Virus record (IMG/VR): IMGVR_UViG_3300021256_000076
Location: 35,340 to 99,339 of that record
Length of the DNA stretch: 64,000 nt
Reading direction: 5' to 3' (one strand)
DNA from: a virus
Taxonomy: Duplodnaviria; Caudoviricetes
How positions within the stretch are numbered: position 1 is the first letter of the stretch; each line of letters begins with the position of its first letter. This document shows positions 38,101 to 45,792 of this stretch, one piece after another. Made by a program: the position numbers and the translations under genes. The notes beneath the pieces are model-generated. The model saw only the letters and a program-made list of their open reading frames with translations. It searched no databases and had not been told where the DNA came from.

Positions 38101-40680
38101 TTCAAATGGGCCTTTTATGTACGATGAACAAAGCCTGTTCTTTTGAGTCAAATTAATATAAATGGCTCCTGTGTTTTGCAGACTCCCGTAATAGAAAGTT
38201 ATTTTTGAAAAATCAATGTCACTTTTCAAAACACCATTACTTTTGGTAAGGTTATTACTTCCAGGAGTCGGTTCATCATCTACACCTTGCCAATCACTTT
38301 CAGTAGTTGAGAATGATTGAGCCATCAATCTATACTGCACATACTTATTGTCAGAACTAGATACATATTTAACAGACATACCACCTTTACGGAGAGACTG
38401 AGGAACATGCTCTCCATTGGTTCCCAATGCATCAGTAAGGTTAGTATACTTGGCATTGTTGTTATAGACTGAAATGTCAAATACCTCTCCAATCTGTGAC
38501 TTCACACAGAGGAAGATGTACTGAGTGCCATTCCAGGCATACTCACTATATACACTTGCATCAACCTGGCTTGTAGAACCATTGTAGTTAGACACTCTGT
38601 AGATGCTGTCCTTGCTGCCTGTTTCTGGAAGGTTTGCATAGGCATCTACTGTGACATACTCCTGATGAGGTGTATCAACAAGACCATTCACTTCAGTCTT
38701 GGTATAGGCATCGGTAATTCCATAGCCTGCAATAGTGGTTGCCTTGTCTGCCTTTTCCGCAAGCAAAGTGTCTGTCTGTGCCCTTGTATATATATCAAGC
38801 ACTCCCTCTGGGTCTGCATCCTCATCCACGAAGAGCTTTGGTGTCCCTGTGGGAGCTGTCTCGCCTATCTCCACTTCGATAGTATCTGTCAGTTCCACAG
38901 TACTTGCCCCACTCTGGTTAGCAGTAAACGTGCCCTTGCTTATTCCATTCTGCTTTATGGTAAGTTTTCCATTATTGACAGTAGGAATGGTAGGTTTATT
39001 ACTTAGGTCATTGTAGCTTCCGCTAAAAGAGCTCGTTCCTGCACCTATGTTTGCTCTTGCATTGGTCTTCTCTATGTCTGACAGGCCTTGTGATGCTACT
39101 GTTGATACTGCTTTGAAGTTACCAACGTTTCCAAGTCCAACATCTGATTTTGTTACAGAGACATTGCCACTGAGTGCATGACCATTCACCGTGGTAGTCT
39201 TATCTACTTTTCCGCTGATATCCTTAATACCACCACCATCAGTCACAATCTTTGCAGCAGTCACTACGTCAGTAGTAGTACCATCAATAGTCTTGGTAAT
39301 CTTCTTGTTAGTGGTATCGTAGTTCACATCTACATCATTGCCTCCACCTTCAATCACAATGTCACCTGAGCCAAGCAATGACTGGCTGTTAATAGTCTTG
39401 ATGTTGGTTCCACTCACCAAAGCATCCTGCTTGTTGTTCCATGTGTACTTCTCTCCAGTTGTCACCAATGAGACATCTGTGCCTCCTGATGCTGCTGTCT
39501 TTGAAGAATAGGTAGTGTCCTTGGCGGCAATGGTAATCTTCCTGTTGGTTGCATCAGGGGTGATGGTCACATTAGAACCCTGCACGAAGGTCACGTCATC
39601 AGCTGAACTTTGGTTGGCAGTGAAGTCACTTACATTGGTAGTTGTACTTTCCACAAGTGTCTTTACGGTATATGTGCCATTAGCAGCTGCCGCTGGAATG
39701 GTAGGTTTGTTTTTTATAAAAGCATCACCCGATGTAGCATTCCAGTCTGACTGTACATTTACCTCTGCACCTGCTGCTATGCCTGCCAGCTTATTCTTCT
39801 CATCAGTGGTGTAGTCGTTGGTGGAGAGTCCTTTGCCTGTGACCTTATCTACTTTTCCTGTAATGGCTGTAGTAAGCTCTGCATTGGTTGGAAGAGCATC
39901 AAGCTTTCCTACAAGAGTATCAGTGATACCAGACTGTATGGCTGCCCACTGCTCAGATGTGAAGCTTGAGTTGTTGAGTGTATACTCATACTCCCATGTG
40001 GTGCCATTGTACTTGTATCTCTTGAACTGCACATTACCTGCTGCATCTGCTGTATTCCAGAATACATAGTCATTGGCATCCTTGGTCAGTGTATTTGCCC
40101 ATGCAAGGAACTGCTGCTCTGTAAGTCCTGCCTCTGATGTTCCCCGGAAGGTAGCTGTGGAGGTGGAGATTGATGAATTGACAAACTTCTTGTCAGCAAG
40201 CTGGTTGGTAGATGAAGCTTGTGTGGGTATCTTTGCCTCAATGGCACCAATGTTCCCCTGAAGGGTTGATTCAACACCTTGGGCTCTTGTAGCCTCTGCA
40301 GAAGCTGAGCCATAGGCATCATAGGTGTTGGCTGCAATGGAGCCTGACACAGAGGTCACAATGCCATCAACCTCAGTCACTGAGAGAGCAAGGCCATCAG
40401 CACCTGCTGTCTGTGACACACTGGCATCAAGGGTTGCAACCTTTGCATCAATCTGTTCCTTTACTGAGCCTCCAGGGCCTACAGCTTCCTCAAGGGCTTT
40501 TATCCTTCCCTTGATAGAGCCTTCAACATCATCGTCACCAATGGCAGTGTCAACATCCTGATTGATGACATCCTGGGTCTTTGCCTTGGCATCATCAATG
40601 ATGTCAGCAGCCCCAGCTACATGTCCATTCACAGCGGCATTCTTTAGCCTTGCTGGAATCATGGTTATCTGTTCTGTCAT
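35125..40680 (-). CDS. long tail fibre/spike with SGNH-hydrolase domain and C-terminal beta-propeller (sialidase-like)
   Basis: Fibre motifs KVDKVTGKGLSTNDYT, VQSDWN, LVSGTNIKTIN and TTIAGYGITDAY; SGNH blocks GDSIS, WSGS and GTND; propeller-like C-terminus. Confidence 0.85.
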   Translation of the reverse strand: MTEQITMIPARLKNAAVNGHVAGAADIIDDAKAKTQDVINQDVDTAIGDDDVEGSIKGRIKALEEAVGPGGSVKEQIDAKVATLDASVSQTAGADGLALSVTEVDGIVTSVSGSIAANTYDAYGSASAEATRAQGVESTLQGNIGAIEAKIPTQASSTNQLADKKFVNSSISTSTATFRGTSEAGLTEQQFLAWANTLTKDANDYVFWNTADAAGNVQFKRYKYNGTTWEYEYTLNNSSFTSEQWAAIQSGITDTLVGKLDALPTNAELTTAITGKVDKVTGKGLSTNDYTTDEKNKLAGIAAGAEVNVQSDWNATSGDAFIKNKPTIPAAAANGTYTVKTLVESTTTNVSDFTANQSSADDVTFVQGSNVTITPDATNRKITIAAKDTTYSSKTAASGGTDVSLVTTGEKYTWNNKQDALVSGTNIKTINSQSLLGSGDIVIEGGGNDVDVNYDTTNKKITKTIDGTTTDVVTAAKIVTDGGGIKDISGKVDKTTTVNGHALSGNVSVTKSDVGLGNVGNFKAVSTVASQGLSDIEKTNARANIGAGTSSFSGSYNDLSNKPTIPTVNNGKLTIKQNGISKGTFTANQSGASTVELTDTIEVEIGETAPTGTPKLFVDEDADPEGVLDIYTRAQTDTLLAEKADKATTIAGYGITDAYTKTEVNGLVDTPHQEYVTVDAYANLPETGSKDSIYRVSNYNGSTSQVDASVYSEYAWNGTQYIFLCVKSQIGEVFDISVYNNNAKYTNLTDALGTNGEHVPQSLRKGGMSVKYVSSSDNKYVQYRLMAQSFSTTESDWQGVDDEPTPGSNNLTKSNGVLKSDIDFSKITFYYGSLQNTGAIYINLTQKNRLCSSYIKGPFEYVLNSNYRAVSACKYNSVGKFISYTASNIDTFCRNNERDNLILISLGRNDNGTIEDNYRDIISINSLMLSSIDESITVLNTEFNASIFGKEVTLSSNTNIPVKLAKGEVMSITTDKGFGFSVISNGVQEVIKTFTNAGTYIYKAEKNIEYIRIADFTAPITISLQKVKYDNVINALRCNSVIKGSVSIIGDSISTFKGTMPSGYAAYYPDSRVNVTCVGSMWWKLLLDSGNNNELVENLSWSGSCATNYRTDGRPSLCDRISALSNTPDYLFIALGTNDSTENVPLGNYNYDSEISNLDESKFREAFIKGIKLIQRDFATTKVVLLAFDMADSYKNSLVSIAEHYNIPIVNIIGYDNYQRNPTKKGMEKAASEVVNVLSNFEWNNAIKDTVELIQGVAGEIVTREIKQATNIPFEIAAGDSIIITNDGVCSFSYISNNTQYNIKRNVAAGTNEYTIPRDAQVIRITDIVNTPTTVTIKRKTASQYLQDAEDYTDGRILGKVETASLTSNENIDFTASTGEKIVITIDRECSISLIYQSGQQVYRLHAPVGWYSIVLTDNLNAVRFTDLVSVTNVRIRLDNSLTEETDIELDALQYGVEKFIANNGANFYSQLAVMYNSAKNNTDTVLKRVTTNVIQFAHMPQMIIKDGIVYLSYLQNTGDDGEGTYSTTSSVVLAKFSLSDFNSDNFNPSTDVDIFEIGKLGDTFANYQAKSIFKDNSMCLVGDIIYIPFMFITEEENAARMFVAAFDTTTDTITSKQASTISYGSDSLDFTINTINTIYIKEGYNVVPVTNNIIELVSEWSIYNNEYYATLICSGGKGNTGMIVKTSNFVNYTFVSCIPFNENGEAEIASIVFDGKLYVACRQNYGIPYLMLGYYNLSNGTWSNPTKIADGNSRPWFFVYNSKLYLANTIHEYSRHYFNISEVSTSNYVGKNVPTRIISTYYQMGQYYAMTTSNNKLYMVTRKNTISFGELKLSEMDVSQAQQKLLDLFA

Positions 40681-40700
40681 ATCCTTATATTTTTATAGTC

Positions 40701-41015
40701 TTAAAGAATTATCTTGTTTCCAGTCTCAGTGATGTTCCAGAGTGTCTCATACTTATATGGGTTATGCACCTTGGTGTCATTCCAGTGTATGCCTCCATTC
40801 TGGAGCTGCCCTCCGTCAAACTCAAATATGCAGTGTGCAGGGATGCTGACTGTCTCACCACCAAGGTCGAAGTTCCACTTAATGACATACTTTGTCTGCT
40901 CCTGCCTCATCTGTGATGCAAAGCCTATGTTTGACTTGAGCACCACAGTCCTGAATACACAGGGGATTGATGAAGTCTGGAGTCCTCTTACTGTTACATC
41001 TATCCTGTTTGCCAT
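40701..41015 (-). CDS. small tail-associated protein
   Basis: KYVIKWNFDLGGETVSIPAHCIFEFDGG, a motif I recall from Bacteroidota phage spike N-termini. Confidence 0.6.
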   Translation of the reverse strand: MANRIDVTVRGLQTSSIPCVFRTVVLKSNIGFASQMRQEQTKYVIKWNFDLGGETVSIPAHCIFEFDGGQLQNGGIHWNDTKVHNPYKYETLWNITETGNKIIL

Positions 41016-41026
41016 TGTCTTGCCTT

Positions 41027-41866
41027 TTAGCCGTTAATATCAATGTTGTATGTGCCTGCATTGTACTGGTTGACAGACTCAAGCACACTGTATGTCTTTC
41101 CCTCAACACTTATGATGGTCTCATTGAAAGGTATCTCAAAGGAGTTCATGTCAGCCCTTACGAACTGCTCCCTGAGTGATGTACTCAGAATGATGTACAG
41201 CCTATCTGCCTGCCTGAAGGTCACATCATAAGCACCTCTCATTCCATCTGTGATAGGAATGATATGCCCAAGATCCATGATCTCTGTATAGGCAGCTCCT
41301 GCACCAAGCCAGAATGAATTGTAGTGTACCACTGTGGCTGCATCTGTATATTCCGTTCCCATGATTGAAGCCTTGTATTTAATTTCCGAAGTATCTGATA
41401 TCTCTGTGTCAAACTCCACAGACTCCACACCAGACTCCTTATGTATGAGAACTCCATTGATGTAGAATGCTATGTGGTCAAACATTGCATTGTTGCCCAC
41501 GCTTGATGCACTTACATGCACGGACATTGGCTCTTCACTGATGAAGTACTTGGGACTGACCTCAAATGTAAGGTCTTGAAGCTGCTCACCAGTGATGTCA
41601 GCTATCTTGTCCCATATCTTGGCCACATCCTTGATGACAAGCTGAAGCAGGGAGTTTGAGATATCAGATGATATCTTGTCAAATGTCACTGCCCCATCGG
41701 CAAGCTTCTCTGTAGTGATGGCCCCAGGAGCTATCTTGTTTGCAGTGAAGCAGTTGTCAGTCAGGTTCTCAGGCTTTACCACCTGAGGGCCAAGCTTGAA
41801 CCTGAGAGGCTTGTCAGGTGTCTTCAAAGGTGTTGACTGGCCTATGTATTTTTCCTTTTCAATCAT
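41027..41866 (-). CDS. structural protein with phage-tail repeats
   Basis: NKIAPGAITTEKLADGAVTFDKIS repeats. Probable start is the ATG at 41866 because the -7 box overlaps the longer start. Confidence 0.7.
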   Translation of the reverse strand: MIEKEKYIGQSTPLKTPDKPLRFKLGPQVVKPENLTDNCFTANKIAPGAITTEKLADGAVTFDKISSDISNSLLQLVIKDVAKIWDKIADITGEQLQDLTFEVSPKYFISEEPMSVHVSASSVGNNAMFDHIAFYINGVLIHKESGVESVEFDTEISDTSEIKYKASIMGTEYTDAATVVHYNSFWLGAGAAYTEIMDLGHIIPITDGMRGAYDVTFRQADRLYIILSTSLREQFVRADMNSFEIPFNETIISVEGKTYSVLESVNQYNAGTYNIDING

Positions 41867-41884
41867 GACGATATAATTTTGTTG

Positions 41885-41892
41885 CAAAAATA
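41885..41892 (-). promoter_or_regulatory. -7 promoter box for the tail-fibre operon
   Basis: TATTTTTG on the minus strand. Confidence 0.6.
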
Positions 41893-41932
41893 ACTATTTA
41901 ATGTTTCTGTACTCTGGAAATAAGAAGCTTGC

Positions 41933-44341
41933 TCATGACTTCTTAGCAGCTGCCTTATTTATCTGCTTTTCCTTCAGTCTGGCATCATCCTTCTGCTTCT
42001 GCCTTTCAATCTCAATCTTTTTGTCATTCTGCTTCAAGGTAGCATCAAACTGCCTTGCATTCTCAGCAATCTTCTCCCTCTCAAGAGTATTGGCCTCATC
42101 ATTGTCATGATTCATAATAGCCATGCGGTCAGCTTCAGCTTTACTTGCTATTTCAGCGCAGAGGATCTTGACTTGATTATCCTCGCTATGCATCCTATAC
42201 TGCATCTCCTCCTGATGCTGTGCAATCATCTGCTGCATCTGGATCTTCTGCTGCTCAATCTGAAGCTGCTGCTGCTGTTGCTGTTGCTGCATCTCCTGCC
42301 TTCTCTTCTCATCATTCTCAACAATTCTGATTCTCTCAGAGAGTGACTTGGTAGTATATAGCTTCATTGCAGTTGCGAAGCTCATGCCATTCTGGATACC
42401 AGCCTGAGCAAGCATGTCAAGCTTCTGGCTAAGCTCCTGAGCACCATTGGAGTTGTCAACTACAAGACCATAGTCACACTCAGCAAACTCATCTCCATCA
42501 ATATCCTCAATCAAGGTACTGCCATCATCAAGGATGAACTTGAACTTCTGCTTCCTTCCCCTCATGGCAATCTTGGCAGTCTCTATCAGGCACTCAAGCA
42601 CTCTCTTCTTGACACTCTCATGTATGACAAACAGCCATTCCGTAGAATGTGATGACTGAAGAGTAGCCCTCTCAACACCTCCGACAGTCTCCCTGTTTGA
42701 CACCTGACCCATTCTCTGAGGAGTCATACCTACAAGGTTTCCACAGTGGTTGTCTATCCAGTCAAGCAGATTTGTGTAGTACACTACCTCATTGGCCTGA
42801 GAGGCATCAACAACTCCTGAAGAAGCATTGTTAAGGCCGCCTGCAAGCTTACCTGTGGCAGCACCATAGTCACCCTCCTTGAAAGAGTTCTCCACGGCAA
42901 TGCCATTCACATTGATATAGTAGAGCCACTTGTCTGCATCCCATCCCTTTGGAACCTTTGCAAAGTCAAGCCTGATGACCTTGCCTACATTCTTTGCAAT
43001 AATCTTGTTGAGCCTGTCATGGATAATGTCATACAGATAAGCATAGGGTTTCATGATGTCCACCATGCTATAGGGCTCATCACCATTGCTGGTATAGATG
43101 CTGCCTATAATTCCGAAGTGGCATCTTGAAGGATTGCTCATCCTGTTATACTGCACAGGTCTTGGCCTCATATTGACATAGGTGTCCTTGCCAATCTTGG
43201 TGCCTTCCCAAGCCTCATTCACCCAGAATATCTGCTCCTCTTCACCCTTGTCAGGGTCAATGATGTAGGACTCTGGATAGAAGTTGAATTCCTCTTCACC
43301 AGTCTCAGGGTCATAGCTCTTGACCTTCTTGATTTTCCTCCTTGATTTCCAATAGACACGGAGTACCCTGATGTTACCATTGGTGTCATATGGAAGCTTT
43401 GTATCATACTCCTGAAAGAGCTGTCTTGGAATATTGATGGCATCACCTGCTGTCCAGTCAGATATTGGAAGCCACTCATACCTTGGGTCAAGATTATCCA
43501 TTAAGTCACTCCAAGGACTGTTGTTATTGTTGCTGAACAGGGTATCTTCCAAAGCCTTGAGCTCTTTGGCTGAAAGCTGGTCTCCATAGACATCATGTAT
43601 CTTGCCAAGTCCCCAGTACTGCTCAATGACAATCATGTCAGCATCCTCAATCTTGTTGGATACACCAGACCTGATGATTCTTACCTCCCTTGGGTCAAGC
43701 TTCTCAATGTAAGGTTCTCCACCAACAATGTCACACAGGTAGAGTTCCTCACCTACTGTATAGGCATCCCTGAATCCCATGTTGAAGAGCTGTTGTACCT
43801 CAAGTTCCTGAACATAGTGATTGAGTATCCTATTACCTCTCACCTCCCGCTTGTCCTGATATTCAAAGGTAAAGTAGTCACTTATCTTCTGAAGCTCTTC
43901 ATTGGATTCCTCCTCACTCTGTGAAGAATCCATTACCCATTGCTGGAGTCTCTGGTTGACAACCTTGTTCTTCTCTTCCTCAATCTCAGATATTGCATTT
44001 GGATTGGTAACCACAAGCCTGTAGTCAAACAGCCTTCTGTACTCCTCTCCTTCCAATACCTTCAGCTTGGCATTTATCATGGAGTAATGCTGTATCTGGT
44101 CAGGAATGAATGAAGCATCAATTCCATAGGGATTGACAACCAGCTTCATATCTTCCATATATATCTTGCCATTGAGGAGGTCATAGTTGATCTTCATGTC
44201 CTCAACAGACTTCCTGGTGACATGGTGATGCAAAAGACTGAAACTATCGGCAAAATCAACCACCTTTTTGCGCCATACCTTGTTTTTTCTACTGAAACTT
44301 AGTTGCTGTGGAGGAAATCCTCCTATTGCACTATATGCCAT
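41933..44341 (-). CDS. portal protein (crAss-type)
   Basis: 802 aa; PPQQLS..K...W, INYDLLNG, WVNEAWEGTKIG, PY.YLYDI, QRMGQV..RETVGGVERA and a Q-rich C-terminal coiled coil. Confidence 0.9.
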   Translation of the reverse strand: MAYSAIGGFPPQQLSFSRKNKVWRKKVVDFADSFSLLHHHVTRKSVEDMKINYDLLNGKIYMEDMKLVVNPYGIDASFIPDQIQHYSMINAKLKVLEGEEYRRLFDYRLVVTNPNAISEIEEEKNKVVNQRLQQWVMDSSQSEEESNEELQKISDYFTFEYQDKREVRGNRILNHYVQELEVQQLFNMGFRDAYTVGEELYLCDIVGGEPYIEKLDPREVRIIRSGVSNKIEDADMIVIEQYWGLGKIHDVYGDQLSAKELKALEDTLFSNNNNSPWSDLMDNLDPRYEWLPISDWTAGDAINIPRQLFQEYDTKLPYDTNGNIRVLRVYWKSRRKIKKVKSYDPETGEEEFNFYPESYIIDPDKGEEEQIFWVNEAWEGTKIGKDTYVNMRPRPVQYNRMSNPSRCHFGIIGSIYTSNGDEPYSMVDIMKPYAYLYDIIHDRLNKIIAKNVGKVIRLDFAKVPKGWDADKWLYYINVNGIAVENSFKEGDYGAATGKLAGGLNNASSGVVDASQANEVVYYTNLLDWIDNHCGNLVGMTPQRMGQVSNRETVGGVERATLQSSHSTEWLFVIHESVKKRVLECLIETAKIAMRGRKQKFKFILDDGSTLIEDIDGDEFAECDYGLVVDNSNGAQELSQKLDMLAQAGIQNGMSFATAMKLYTTKSLSERIRIVENDEKRRQEMQQQQQQQQLQIEQQKIQMQQMIAQHQEEMQYRMHSEDNQVKILCAEIASKAEADRMAIMNHDNDEANTLEREKIAENARQFDATLKQNDKKIEIERQKQKDDARLKEKQINKAAAKKS

Positions 44342-44369
44342 ATAAATGATCTTTTATACTTTCTGATTG

Positions 44370-44478
44370 CAAAAATACAAAAGCCTTCTCTAAGAGTTTA
44401 AGAGCTAATAATAACCATTAAGTATTCAAACCCTCTCTGTTATTTCTATATATTAAATAGGTATAAGGCGTACCTTTG
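44370..44478. promoter_or_regulatory. divergent promoter pair (portal on minus, lysis on plus)
   Basis: Minus TATTTTTG at 44370-44377 and plus TACCTTTG at 44471-44478. Confidence 0.7.
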
Positions 44479-44506
44479 CAATAGAAAAAATATAAAGAGA
44501 TTACAG

Positions 44507-44701
44507 ATGATGACATTTATAGTGCTAGCTGTCTACATATCAGGTGTCTTGATGGCTTTCTATCAATTGCAGAGGTGGCATGAGAAGGAGCTGAAAAACA
44601 TGGAGGAATTCCAGTCTCTGTTCATGCTCAGTATGCTATCTTGGTTAATCTACCCTGTCTATGGGTTGGCTTGGTTGTACAATAAATGTGAGGAGGGATA
44701 G
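44507..44701 (+). CDS. small 2-TM membrane protein
   Basis: 64 aa, two hydrophobic helices, first gene of the lysis operon. Confidence 0.65.
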   Translation: MMTFIVLAVYISGVLMAFYQLQRWHEKELKNMEEFQSLFMLSMLSWLIYPVYGLAWLYNKCEEG

Positions 44702-44703
44702 TT

Positions 44704-45105
44704 ATGGGATCTGAGATTATCATGGCATTGGTTGGAGTGCTCTGTACAGCAATATCCAGCGCAGTGACCTTCTTCTTTACAAGAAAGAAATACAACACAG
44801 AGGTGGATTCCCAGCAAATACACAACATGGGAGAATCCTTTGATGTCTATAAGAAGATGATGGAAGAAGCACTTGCTTCACAGAAGAAGACAATGGAGGG
44901 TATCATTGAGGCTCAAGACAAGAAGATAGACACATCATTGAAGGAGAATGACTCATTGAAGACTCAGGTAAGCCAGCTACAGCAGCAGATGCTCAACCTG
45001 CTTGGTAGCATCTGCCTTGACTCAACATGCAAGCTGAGAAGGATGAACTTTACATCAGACCTTAGGGTAAGTGACTTAGGTGTATCAATTGCGCAACCAC
45101 AATAG
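44704..45105 (+). CDS. holin-like protein (N-terminal TM plus coiled coil)
   Basis: TM segment followed by RKKYN.EV, a coiled coil and C..C..R; adjacent to the endolysin. Confidence 0.65.
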   Translation: MGSEIIMALVGVLCTAISSAVTFFFTRKKYNTEVDSQQIHNMGESFDVYKKMMEEALASQKKTMEGIIEAQDKKIDTSLKENDSLKTQVSQLQQQMLNLLGSICLDSTCKLRRMNFTSDLRVSDLGVSIAQPQ

Positions 45106-45107
45106 CT

Positions 45108-45752
45108 ATGGATAAGAACACTACAATCATAGTGCTGGGTACAGCCCACAGGATGAGGGAACCTGGCAAATGCTCTCCTGATGGAAGAGTGAAGGAATGT
45201 GTATACTCAAGAGAAGTAGTATCAGAGATAGCCACAAAGCTTAAGGCAATAGGCTATAAGGTAGAGATAGACTTTATGGACCTTGACCTTCCAAAGACCA
45301 TGCAGTCACCTTCAGTAACCCTTGAAAGGAACAGGGAGCTAGGCATGAGGGTTAATTATGTCAATGAGCTGTGCAGGCAGAATGGAGCAAAGAATGTACT
45401 GTATGTATCCATTCATCTAAATGCAGCAGGAGCAGATGGGAAATGGCATGATGCAAAGGGATGGCAAGTCCATATAAGCACTACAGCATCCCAGAGCAGC
45501 AAGCTCCTTGCAGACTGTCTTTTTGATTCTGCCAAGTCAAATGGACTGAAGGTAAGACAACCATCATTCATGCAGAAATACTGGCCTCAGAGCCTCTATG
45601 TGCTCGGCAATACAAAATGTCCTGCTGTACTGACGGAGAATCTCTTCCAAGATAACAAGGATGATGTGAACTATCTTCTCTCTGAAACAGGCAGGCACAC
45701 CATAGCAAGGCTTCATGTGGAAGGGATTATAAACTATATTAACAAGAATTAG
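45108..45752 (+). CDS. endolysin, N-acetylmuramoyl-L-alanine amidase (Amidase_3)
   Basis: Zn ligands H..PGK.SPD...E, VSIHLNA and PAVLTENLFQDN. Confidence 0.9.
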   Translation: MDKNTTIIVLGTAHRMREPGKCSPDGRVKECVYSREVVSEIATKLKAIGYKVEIDFMDLDLPKTMQSPSVTLERNRELGMRVNYVNELCRQNGAKNVLYVSIHLNAAGADGKWHDAKGWQVHISTTASQSSKLLADCLFDSAKSNGLKVRQPSFMQKYWPQSLYVLGNTKCPAVLTENLFQDNKDDVNYLLSETGRHTIARLHVEGIINYINKN

Positions 45753-45783
45753 TTTGTAGTTTCAGATAATTATATTAAATTTG
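45753..45783 (+). promoter_or_regulatory. full Bacteroidota sigma-A promoter (-33 TTTG, 19-nt spacer, -7 TAAATTTG)
   Basis: TTTG at 45753-45756 and TAAATTTG at 45776-45783. Confidence 0.75.
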
Positions 45784-45792
45784 CAGCAGAGT

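Noticed and set aside
42250-42300. CAG/CTG trinucleotide run
   Set aside because: It encodes the poly-Gln stretch of the portal C-terminal coiled coil and is not an independent repeat element.
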